Below, piece after piece: positions 53,867 to 64,000 of a stretch of 64,000 nucleotides of DNA; the first letter of the stretch is position 1; the number at the start of each line of letters is the position of its first letter. Both the position numbers and the translations under genes were made by a program. The notes under the pieces are model-generated. The model saw only the letters and a list, made by a program, of their open reading frames with translations, was not told the origin of the DNA and ran no database searches. Origin of the DNA: an uncultured virus (IMG/VR IMGVR_UViG_3300034759_000204) (taxonomy: Duplodnaviria; Heunggongvirae; Uroviricota; Caudoviricetes); the IMG/VR virus record IMGVR_UViG_3300034759_000204; one strand, given 5' to 3'.

Positions 53867-55450
53867 ATGGATGATAAAAATCTTAAAACAGGTAAAAAAG
53901 GTAAAAGTTTAAAAGAATTAGGTTTAAAAACAAGAAACTTGAGTTTAGATATGACTGAAGGTTGTAGTTTAAGATGTAAATATTGTTTTGCCGATTTTGC
54001 TGCTGAAAAAAGAGAAAATAGAAAGCTAACAGAAGATGTTATGAAAGCTGCCATTGATTGGTTATTTGATGATGGGACATCTGGGACTACAGAAGAAGTT
54101 AACAAGGAAGGCGGATTAGGGTTCGAACCATGGGGCGGTGAGCCATGGCACAATTTTCAAATGTTACAAAAAGCATATGAATATTTTGAAAAGAAATCTA
54201 AAGAAACTGGTAAAAAAATAGGGCATATAGGTGGAACAACAAATGCTGTAGAATTTACTGAAGAAAGATTAAAATGGTGTAAAGACCACAACATTACTTG
54301 GCTAATATCGTTAGACGGCATAAAAGAAAATCACGATAAACAAAGAGTATATGCTGATGGTAGTGGAAGTTTTGATGTTGTTGATAAAAATGTTGATTTA
54401 TACAAAAAAGTATATGGGTTTGCCCCGCAGTTAAGAATGTCTTTACATCCAGATTATATTGATAATATTTATAAAAGTTATGAGTATGTGTTAGGTAAAG
54501 GTGTAAAATCTTATTTCTTTTCCCCAGTCTTTGAAGCTAACTGGACTGAAGAAAGTTTTAAAGAATTAGAAGATCAAATAGTTAGGTTATATGAAAAATT
54601 AATATTAGATTATAAAAGTGGTTTCCCTAAAGTAGATAATAAATTTATAGACGATATGATTTATTATATATTAGGTGCACAAAGAAAAGGTATAAATTTA
54701 GATGAGATTGAAAAGACAGGATCATATGATGTAAATTTAAATGGCCTATCAAAAGGTATGCATTTACCAAAACCATGTGGTGCTGGAACCTCATATTTTG
54801 GAGTTACTGTAGAAGGACAAATTTTTGTATGCCATAGATTTAATAAACATGGATTGGATCCTAAAAAAATTGGCTTTGATAAAAGATATGGTTGGTTAGG
54901 TAATGTGTGGGAAGGTATACATAATGTAGATTTAGTAAATGAACTTAAAAATTGGGATGTAAAAGATTTAGAACATTGTAAATATTGTAAGTTAAAGTAT
55001 TACTGTAAAGGAAGTTGTTATGCTTCAAATTACGATAATACTGGTAATATTAAAGGATATCATAAAAATGCTTGTAAAATTAATTTTGCTTTATATAACG
55101 CTGCTTTAAGAATAATTGATTTATTCAAAAAGAATAATATGTTTGATTATGAAAAAAATGATATTATTTTCCCACAACAAAATTTTGGTAATTCATTTCA
55201 AGGTAGAAATGGACAAAGTATTAATTCCTGTATGTGTAATAACGCAACTTATTATTTCAATGGATTAGAACAATTATTATCTGATGAAAAGCCTGAAAAT
55301 GTAGAAGATCTTAAAATGCAAATACTAGATGGCGGAATTAATGTGCTACTTGATATGTACCAAGAAGTTAAAATGAATAAGGGTAATAATAGACAGTTCA
55401 ATAACCCTAAAAGTAATAACATAAAAAAGAAATTTAATTTCAAATTGTAA
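53867..55450 (+). CDS. Radical SAM/SPASM domain peptide/protein maturase (527 aa)
   Basis: AAGGAG RBS. CSLRCKYC radical SAM motif, WGGEP, TTN and ISLDG..HDKQR. SPASM cysteines CGAG..CHRF..CKYC..CKGSC..C. No TAG codons. Confidence 0.9.
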   Translation: MDDKNLKTGKKGKSLKELGLKTRNLSLDMTEGCSLRCKYCFADFAAEKRENRKLTEDVMKAAIDWLFDDGTSGTTEEVNKEGGLGFEPWGGEPWHNFQMLQKAYEYFEKKSKETGKKIGHIGGTTNAVEFTEERLKWCKDHNITWLISLDGIKENHDKQRVYADGSGSFDVVDKNVDLYKKVYGFAPQLRMSLHPDYIDNIYKSYEYVLGKGVKSYFFSPVFEANWTEESFKELEDQIVRLYEKLILDYKSGFPKVDNKFIDDMIYYILGAQRKGINLDEIEKTGSYDVNLNGLSKGMHLPKPCGAGTSYFGVTVEGQIFVCHRFNKHGLDPKKIGFDKRYGWLGNVWEGIHNVDLVNELKNWDVKDLEHCKYCKLKYYCKGSCYASNYDNTGNIKGYHKNACKINFALYNAALRIIDLFKKNNMFDYEKNDIIFPQQNFGNSFQGRNGQSINSCMCNNATYYFNGLEQLLSDEKPENVEDLKMQILDGGINVLLDMYQEVKMNKGNNRQFNNPKSNNIKKKFNFKL

Positions 55451-55469
55451 AAAAGGAGGGAATTTAAAG

Positions 55470-55730
55470 ATGGCTTTATCAGCAGAATTAATTATTAATG
55501 ATACAGATTATTCTGATAAAATAACAGATATAAATTTTATTGATAAGAGAACACAAACTGACTACCTGATCACTATGGAAAAATACTATATAACAGATCC
55601 ATTACCTTCTAATTAGTCTATAACTCTTAAATTCAATGATATATTAATAATTGAAAACAGTACAAATATAGACTTTGAAATTAATACTAGAAATCTAGGA
55701 ACGACTATAAGAATTAAAGTTGAAAAATGA
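55470..55730 (+). CDS. Small hypothetical protein (86 aa), last gene of the Cys-rich/radical SAM unit
   Basis: AAGGAGG RBS, ATG 55470, one TAG, ends TGA at the terminator stem. Confidence 0.65.
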
Positions 55731-55771
55731 GGCAGGGCGATTGTCCTGCTTCATTATTATTATTTTTTTTT
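55728..55771 (+). terminator. Rho-independent terminator
   Basis: TGAGGCAGGGC-GATT-GTCCTGCTTCA stem followed by a T-rich tail. Confidence 0.65.
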
Positions 55772-55801
55772 AGTTAATTGTTACTGAGGTGATATAAAAT
55801 C

Positions 55802-58800
55802 ATGCCTAGCTTAATTAATGAATATAATGCTATTTATACATTATATGATAATATATTCCCATTTTAGGGTTAGAAAAATTAGCAATTAATAGAGCCATAG
55901 ACTACTAATTTAATAGGTAATGGAAATTTATAGTTAGATTCTAATGCTGATAATATTTCTGATTTTTTTAATGCTTCTACTCTAACTTTTGTTAATATTA
56001 ATGATATTTTTTCAAAAACATATAATGTATTAAATTATTAGACACAAAAAGGTTTTTATATAAATATAACAAATAAAACTACTCAAACAACTTAGTATTC
56101 ATAGCTTAAAATATATTCTAATAATATAAATATTCAATAGAGTACTACTTATAACCTATCTTTACAAGGTAAATTAGATAATTCTGTTTTAATTGTGTTT
56201 TAGGAAATATATGATAGTACTAACACATTAATACAAAATCAACAACTTAATTTATCTGAAGTTCTTATAATGAGTGATAATACTAAAATATATTCAGGTT
56301 CTGTTATTTAGCCTTAGAATTCTTCATATATAAAATTTTCTTTTGAAATAAGAATACCACAAAAAAGTCAAGGGTCTTAGCTATTAAACAATGTACAATT
56401 AGAAAACAGAAATTATTGGACTTCATTTTAGAATCCAACAAATCCTTAGAATCTTATTATAACTGATATTGGTGAACATTTTTCCTTAACTAACACTGGT
56501 TATTTTTATATTCCTACATCTAAAAAACAAAATTATGAATAGAATTTAATTTCTATAGGAAAACCTTTTGAATAGAATAGTATAACTTTATATTTTGAAA
56601 ATTCATATTAGACCCTTGCTGTTAAAATCACTGATAATACTGGATAGATTGTTTTTGAACATCATAATATTAGTTATGATTAGCTATGGAATTATTTTTA
56701 GTTAGCTTACAGACAAAATGGTGTTGGTATAGATTTAAAACTTTTTATCAACAACACAAAAGTATTTGAACAAAATATATAGGAAATAAATTTAGATTAT
56801 AACAACACATAGTTTAAAAAAGTATATATAGGCCATAGTTATTCTGAGAGTCAATAGATAAATCAACTAAATGGTTTTGTTTCTGTTATAAAAGGTGTTG
56901 GAAGTTATATATTAGATGACGAAATACTTAATATTTATAATAATAAAAAAATATATTCTTCAACAAGATCTTTAGTACGTAGTGCTGATATAAATGCAAC
57001 ATTACTTGGTGGGTTATCTCCAAGCGAATTTGCAACGTCAACACATAGCCACGACGATAGATATAGAAATAAAGTAGAATCAGATAATACATATGTTTTT
57101 AAACATGGTGACACATTAACTGGTACATTAACCGCCCCTACACTTCAAATAAACGATGGGAATACCAAAATACTAGAGGGTGGTACAAATAGTGTAAGAA
57201 TACAAACTAATTCTGGGTATGTTGATATTGGCCCTCAGAATACTTCCTTGTCACATTTTAATACCGACAGACCAAAATTCTATTTTGGCAAACCTGTTCA
57301 GATTAATGGTAATATAGAAAGTGATGGCGGTACTAGAACGATAACAGGGTTTAATCTATCTGGTAATGCATCTACATAGTCTAAACTAGAAACCGCTAGA
57401 ACTATTAGCTTAACAGGTGATGTTACTGGTTCAACGACTTTCGATGGATCGTAGAATGTTTCTATAACCGCTACCGTTGCTAATGATTCACATACACACG
57501 ATACTAGATATTATACTGAATCAGAAGCAGATAGTAGGTTCGTAAATGCCTCTGGTGATACTATTACTGGTACATTAGCATACAATGATGTTTCAAGATA
57601 TTGGTTATCTACTGCTACCAACTATGGAATTTATTGGGAAACTACTAACCACGAACTTGAATTTCATGGAGCTGGGGTAGATAAATTTCATGTTGATTTA
57701 GATGACGGGAACACTTGGATTGGCGGTACTTTAAGCGTTTCTGGTGCAATAACTGGTTCACTTTCTGGTAATGCGTCTACATAGTCTAAGTTGCAAACAG
57801 CTAGAACTATTAGTTTAGCAGGTGATGTTACTGGCTCAACGACTTTCGATGGATCGTAGAACGTTTCTATATCTGCTACTGTTGCAAACGATTCACATAG
57901 CCATAGCAATGCTACTATCACATCTGTCGATTGGAGTAAACTTACTAATGTACCTGATCCAACAATTACTTTAAGCGGTGATATAACTGGTTAGTAGACT
58001 ATGACAAATCTCGGGAGTATAACTATAACTGCTACCGTTGCTAATGATTCACATACACACGATACTAGATATTATACTGAATCAGAAGCAGATAGTAGGT
58101 TCGTAAATGCCTCTGGCGATACTATTACTGGTACATTAACATACAATGATGTTTCAAGATATTGGTTATCTGCTGCTACCAACTATGGAATTTATTGGGA
58201 TACTACTAACCACGAACTTGAATTTCATGGGGCAGGGGTAGATAAATTTCATGTTGATTTAGATAACGGGAACACTTGGATTGGCGGTACTTTAAGTGTT
58301 TCTGGTGCAATAACTGGTTCACTTTCTGGTAATGCGTCTACATAGTCTAAGTTGCAAACAGCTAGAACTATTAGCTTAGCAGGTGATGTTACTGGCTCAA
58401 CGACTTTCGATGGATCGTAGAACGTTTCTATATCTGCTACTGTTGCAAACGATTCACATAGCCATAGCAATGCTACTATCACATCTGTCGATTGGAGTAA
58501 ACTTACTAATGTACCTGATCCAACAATTACTTTAAGCGGTGATGTAACTGGCTAGTAGACTATGACAAACCTCGGAAGTATAACTATAACTGCTACCGTC
58601 GTTGACGACTCACATACACACGATACTAGATATTATACTGAATCAGAAGCAGACAGCAGATTCGTTAATGTAGCAGGCGATACTGTTACAGGATAGCTTA
58701 CTTTTAGTGGCAACACCTCTTTCAATAATGTGATGAATATAAATTCAGAAATGAGAATTGAAAATTAGAATCCTTCTGTATATATATGGAATAATTAGGG

Positions 58801-59326
58801 TGGGGCTTAGAATTTATATTTTGGAGAAAATACTAGTTCTGGATATGGATTACATTTATATTGGGATTCCTCATATACCACATACTTAAAATCAAGGCAT
58901 TAGGGTGTTGATACTAATGTATTTCATATTGATACAAGAAATTAGGATTTTGTATTAGACCAACCTTTAATTTCTACATATGGTGAAAATGGTGGGTTAT
59001 ATATAGGGACTAATGGAAGTAAGCCACAAATAACAACAGTTAACGGGGAACAAATGGTTCTTAGATCAAATGAAATAAGATTTGCTGATAATATCTAGTG
59101 GGGATATGATTCATTTAGTGGGATTAAATATGATTCAGTTAACAAAAAGATGTACATTGGTGGGTCAAACAGTTCTCATTTTACTTCTAGTACTAATCCT
59201 CAAGATATAGATGTAGAATTTGATGGTGTAAATGATGTAAAAGTAAATGGTACTTTGACTATTCAAGGTTTTACTATACAATATAATTAGAGTGATGAAT
59301 CTTTTGATTTCATATATTTAGGGTGA
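55802..59326 (+). CDS. Tail fibre protein (1174 aa) with N-terminal beta-sandwich/LamG-like domains and repeated shaft modules
   Basis: GAGGTG RBS. Fibre motifs LLGGLSPSEFA..HSHDDRY, GNAST*SKLQTARTISLAGDVTGSTTFDGS*NVSI and HTHDTRYYTESEADSRFVN. C-terminal FTIQYN*SDESFDFIYLG. Ends TGA. Confidence 0.8.
57461..58690 (+). repeat. 561-bp near-identical tandem duplication (~2.2 copies) in tail fibre gene
   Basis: Sequence at 57461 recurs at 58022 and partially at ~58583. Minus-strand track ORFs 57688 and 58249 are near-identical and offset by 561. Confidence 0.9.
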
Positions 59327-59331
59327 TAATA

Positions 59332-62220
59332 GTGAGTTAGGTTGTTGGTAAACTTAAAAATAACTCTTTATATACAAAAAAAGAAATATCAGAAACACAG
59401 CCACCAGAATACGATAAACTTATTCTTTATTTATCACTTCAAGGTTATTTATTAGATACTAAAAATTACCTTGAAGATGTTGGATTAGATAAATTTAATG
59501 CCTCTTCTGGTATTAATACTTATTGGATTAATATGACACAAGATGGTACTTTTTTAGGTAATCCTATTTATAGAGTTGAAAAAGGTAGTTCTGATGATGG
59601 ATATTTTTATAGATACAATATTAGTGGTTTAGAAAAAATATAGGAAGCTGAAGAATATGTACTAACAGGTATATTCAAATCATCTAATTCTAACGAAACA
59701 ATAGAAGCAATCGATCATCCATATTAGGGTGGAGGATCCCCATGGACATAGGGCAATCATATCCCGCCTTATGAATCATACGACGATAGATATTATTTAG
59801 GTGATGGTTGGTGGAGATATATTTATAGATTTAAAATAGATAGAACACAAATAACTAATTAGGCTTATAAAAATAATTTATATTTTGGATTTCAATGGTA
59901 TTGGTAGGACACTGGGCAATATGTTTGGGGTACATAGCCTTAGTTATATGTTGGAAATTCTAAAAAAATTTATCAAGGGCATAAATCTTCTTATTCATAT
60001 GATAATCTAATTAGTTATAAAGATTAGTTAAGTTTTGAAGGACCTATAACTAATCAAATTTCTATATCCAATATGAATAATTATCCTATTGGTTATACAG
60101 GAAATGTATGTGGATTTAGTAATAATTTTGAAGAAAGGTTTGGTTAGGGTAATTGGAATACTAAAATAATAAAATAGGATAATTGTATTATACCTGAAAT
60201 ACGAAAAGCACAAAGAATAATAACAACTTAGAGTGGTTGGGGTGGATGGACTGCTGGCAATATCGGTAATACTTCTGGGGATATTACTTATGGTGTTTTA
60301 ATACGTCTACATTATGGTGAAATACAATTTGGTGATTTAAATACTTCTAATAGATTGTATATTAACTCAAACTACTATGAACAAAAAGGAAAAAAATTAG
60401 GAGAGTGGATTTGGTAGTGTGGAACATTTTTAGGTTCTACTGGTGGTAGACATCTTTATTAGAATGGAATTACTAAAGCTGATATTTAGTAGGTTTAGAT
60501 TTATAATACAAATCAACAATTAAGTTATGTAGATGGCAGTAAAGATTAGAGTTATCTTGATTTACCTGTTGATGTTTTTAACAAATTTAAAGATGAAATA
60601 ACAGTAAGTTTTATATATGAACCTTTATCTAATTATTCATATGGAACATGGCCATAGATTTTTACATTAAATTGGTGGATTAGTGGGAATACAAATGATT
60701 GGTTTGGAATATATAGAGGTAATGGATGGAGTTCATAGGATTCTATTACTTTTAGTGTAGTAGATGGAACTAGATAGTATTCAAAAGGTACTTCTATGAC
60801 AGGTATTAATTCTAGATTAAATCATAAACTTTTTATATAGATGTCTTATAGTAAACTTAATAAAAATTTATAGATATTTGTTAGAGATATTAATACTAGT
60901 GAAGATTTGTTAAAAACAAATATTTCTTTACAAACAGATTTTTCATTTGATAAAACATTCAGCTATTAGAAATTAGGTTATTTAAATCAAGGGTCAGATT
61001 AGCAAAATTAGAAAATTACTAATTTCAGTTTTTATCATAAAAGTTTTAATTAGGATAAATTATATACTTTAATACCAAGAGTATTTTAGATTGATAAAAA
61101 TGGATTTCTAAAAACAAAAGAAATTCAAGAACCTCATGATTTATTAACAGAATATGGGCCAACATAGTTTGAAACTGGTTAGTTTGGTGGGATTTATGGG
61201 ACGTATACTCAAACAAATATTAGTGTGTCTGTAGTACCAAGAAAATTTAAAACACCATATTCTTACTTTATTAAAAGAACTCCTAATATTACTGATACTG
61301 GTAGCACTTCACAAAACTGGGGTGGATTAAAATTATCATTCCCAGATGACAAACAATGGGAAGAAAATCAAACTTATAGAGTGAGTTTTTGGTATACTGG
61401 ATATTCACAGCATACAATAGAAATTTATTTTGCTTATAATATTGGTTATACTACGATGGGAGTTGGATTAACCAAAATTTCTTTGCCTTCTATTACTAAT
61501 TAGTTCGTTGACGAAGATGGGTGGAAATATTATGAATAGGAGTTTACTATACCTAATGGATTTATATACCAAACTGGAAGCGATGGTAATATATACTACT
61601 GTATGAGAGAATTTAAAATAGGTTATAATTATACTACTACTGATGAGTATGGAACTAGACTTTATGTTAATGATCTTAAAATAGAAAGAATTTCTAAAAA
61701 CAATGAATATAAAAAAACTAGAGGAATAAAAAAGTATGGTGTTTATATAAAAGAATGGATAGAAAATAACAAATTTACTGATGTTTATATTGTAGGTACA
61801 GCTTTATAGTCTACATATCCAGAAAACAGAACTAATGGTAATAGAATTTTAAAAATAAATGGAACACAAATTTATAATACAACAGGAAGAGGTTTAAGAT
61901 TAACAATCTTTGATTCTAATTTTACTGTTATTAGTGATACCACTTATGATGTATATGGTGATGATGTGTAGAGAACAAATCTAGCTAATTAGTTAATTTA
62001 GATTGATAAACAAAAATATTGGTAGTTAACTTCATATGATTAGGTTAATTCAAATATAGACTTGAACAATTAGATGTAGAGTTTAGGCTCTAAAATTTGG
62101 CCTTTATCTTATAGATCACCTTATTAGGCTGTTGGTAAAGGGCAGAAGATTATAAAAGAAGATGGATAGATGAATAACGTAAATTATGTTAGTAAATAGG
62201 TAATTAATATTAAAATTTAA
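59332..62220 (+). CDS. Putative receptor-binding/tail-associated protein (962 aa) with carbohydrate-binding-like domains and C-terminal ILEI-like domain
   Basis: GGGTGA RBS and GTG start. Aromatic-rich beta domains (YLGDGWWRYIYRF, ENQTYRVSFWY). C-terminal GRGLRLTIFD..TYDVYG..LAN*L..LTSYD*..RSPY*AVGK. Ends TAA. Confidence 0.65.
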
Positions 62221-62232
62221 TGAGGGATAAAT

Positions 62233-63750
62233 ATGGCTGATTTATCTAATGGGACAACAATAGGTGGATTTAGATAGTTACATGAGAATTTATAGAAACC
62301 AACATTATTTGACGATTTAACAGTTCCTACACTTCAAATAAACGATGTTAATACCAAAATATTAGAAGGCACGTCCAATAGTATAAGAATACAAACTAAT
62401 TCTGGGTATGTTGATATTGGCCCTCAGAATACTTCCTTGTCACATTTTAATACCGACAGACCAAAATTCTATTTTAACCAACCTATTCAGATTAATGGGA
62501 ATATAGAAAGTGATGGCGGTACTAGAACGATAACAGGTTTTAATCTATCTGGTAATGCTTCTACATAGTCTAAGCTACAAACCGCTAGAACTATTAGCTT
62601 AGCAGGTGATGTTACTGGCTCAACGACTTTCGATGGATCGTAGAACGTTTCTATATCTGCTACAGTCGTTGATGACTCACATAGTCATAGCAATGCTACT
62701 ATCACATCTGTCGATTGGAGTAAACTTACTAATCTGCCTGATCCAACGATTACTTTAAGCGGTGATGTAACTGGTTAGTAGACTATGACAAACCTCGGAA
62801 GTATAACTATAACTTCTACCGTCGGCGATGATTCACATAGTCATAGTAATTCCACAATTACATCTGTTGATTGGAGTAAACTTACCAATGTACCTGATCC
62901 AACAATTACTTTAAGTGGTGATGTAACTGGTTAGTAGACTATGACAAACCTCGGAAGTATAACTATATCTGCTACTGTTGCTAATGACTCACATACACAC
63001 GATACTAGATATTATACAGAATCAGAAGCAGATAGTAGATTCGTTAATGTTACTGGAGATACTATGACTGGTAATCTTACAATATTAAAAAACAAACCAT
63101 GGTTAACTTTAGATAGTTCTAGTTCTGGTGATAATTTAAACGAACAATAGGCTGGCATAAGTATAGGTGAAGCTGGAACTGGAGGTTAGTCATTACATTT
63201 AGTATATACTGGTGATGGCTATTAGTATATAGGAATGGGTTCTACATCCCCTATTCCTTAGTATAAAGCTATGCGATTTCATTATACTAATAATAATGTA
63301 CTTTTCTATGGCACTATAACAGCAACAAAAGTCTATGGTGCAGTCTACAACGACTATGCTGAATATAGAAGTTCTGATGAGCCTATAGATTTTGGTTATG
63401 TATAGATAGAAGATGAAAAAGGTAATGTAATTAAATGTAATGAAGATAGAAGTAAAAAAGTATAGGGAGTGAGTACTGATACTTTAGGATTTTAGATTGG
63501 AAAACAAAAAGATACTGATACTCCTATTGCTGTTGCTGGTAGAGTTTTAGTTTATTAGATTGATAAACATAAACTTAGAATTGGTGATTAGGTGTGTTCT
63601 ACTAAAGAAGGGAAAGTTAGAAAAATGAAATGGTGGGAAAAGATATTTTTTCCAGAATAGATTGTTGGTTATGTTAGTGAATTTCCTGATTATGATATAT
63701 GGGGTAGTGATAATATTAAAGTTAATGGTAGGATTTGGATTAGAATTTAA
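62233..63750 (+). CDS. Short tail fibre protein (505 aa) with C-terminal chaperone-like domain
   Basis: GAGGG RBS. MADLSNGTTIGG start and shaft modules shared with 55802..59326. C-terminal VYGAVYNDYAEYR..DTLGF*IG..PIAVAGRVL..GD*VCS..VNGRIWIRI. Ends TAA. Confidence 0.8.
62326..63070 (+). repeat. Dispersed copy of tail-fibre shaft modules found at ~57136-58130
   Basis: AGAATACAAACTAATTCTGGGTATGTTGATATTGGCCCTCAGAATACTTCCTTGTCACATTTTAATACCGACAGACCAAAATTCTAT is identical in both genes, and downstream modules are near-identical. Confidence 0.85.
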
Positions 63751-63834
63751 AAAAAATCTAATAACAGATAATAAAGAAAATTTCTGTGTTAATTATTTAT
63801 TGAAAATATTTTATAACATAAAAAGGTGATTATA

Positions 63835-64000
63835 TTGTTTGTACAACCATATATTAATTATAGAGATGGTGAAGGATTAAGATTAATTATAGGTTATAGT
63901 AAATGTGACCTTAATTGTAAAAATTGCCATTTAACCAAAGATGAAAATGTTAGTTTTGAATATATTTTAAATCTTCTTGATAATATAAAAACAACAGGCT
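63835..64000 (+). CDS. Radical SAM activating-enzyme-like protein (NrdG/PflA-type N-terminus), truncated by window edge
   Basis: AAGGTG RBS and TTG start. DGEGLRLIIGYSKCDLNCKNCH contains a CxxxCxxCH motif. Confidence 0.55.
   Translation, partial: MFVQPYINYRDGEGLRLIIGYSKCDLNCKNCHLTKDENVSFEYILNLLDNIKTTG

Noticed and set aside
57461..58690. Diversity-generating retroelement template/variable repeat pair
   Set aside because: Both copies are in-frame shaft modules, mismatches are not confined to adenines of one copy, and no reverse transcriptase is present in the window.
355..60213. Minus-strand ORFs in the supplied track
   Set aside because: All are short antisense shadows of + strand genes, with low-complexity F/S/I/L-rich translations and no recognisable motifs.
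1..64000. TAG->Gln (table 15), the usual phage amber reassignment
   Set aside because: Gln does not fit conserved small-residue motifs (ID*PE, ADL*E, SYD*, GD*VC, FDGS*N). CAA/CAG are plentiful while GCN Ala is depleted in TAG-rich genes. Only isolated sites such as PDG*PV (17765) suit Gln.
1..64000. Mass pseudogenisation (decayed prophage) or sequencing error
   Set aside because: In the stretches I read, interruptions were TAG only, with no internal TAA/TGA and no frameshifts, even in genes near 7 kb. TAGs are also conserved between repeat copies.
1..64000. Pyrrolysine decoding of TAG
   Set aside because: Hundreds of TAGs at positions that need a small residue, and no pyl genes seen in the window.
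1..64000. Suppressor tRNA(CUA), release factor or aminoacyl-tRNA synthetase gene
   Set aside because: None recognised. Intergenic gaps are short and show no cloverleaf, so the decoding machinery would have to lie outside this window.

Overview
Late (virion morphogenesis) region of a large, very AT-rich contractile-tailed phage. All genes are on the + strand, most with Shine-Dalgarno-like motifs (GGAGG/GAGGTG). The order is portal, prohead protease-scaffold, head protein, major capsid, neck, tail sheath, five tube-like paralogs, tail chaperones, three giant (1900-2330 aa) virion proteins, baseplate and tail fibres. The supplied ORF track is fragmented because TAG is not a stop here: reading through TAG joins the fragments into about 35 closely packed genes that end only in TAA or TGA. 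Conserved motifs in many unrelated proteins (GNAST*SKL, FDGS*NVSI, VRL*NID*PE, ADL*E, SYD*, RSPY*AVG, GD*VCS, I*TH) put alanine, not glutamine, at TAG. This indicates a TAG->Ala genetic code that I do not know from any phage or bacterium. A second notable system lies inside the tail-fibre module: an 878-aa protein whose C-terminal ~660 aa are Cys-rich tandem repeats (CxCNNTCDGYSS-like), followed by a radical SAM/SPASM maturase with no TAG codons. Coordinates were derived by hand. In the longest genes the frame was checked in sampled stretches and against the ORF track rather than codon by codon. Product names rest on motif recognition and synteny, not database searches. '*' denotes an in-frame TAG.
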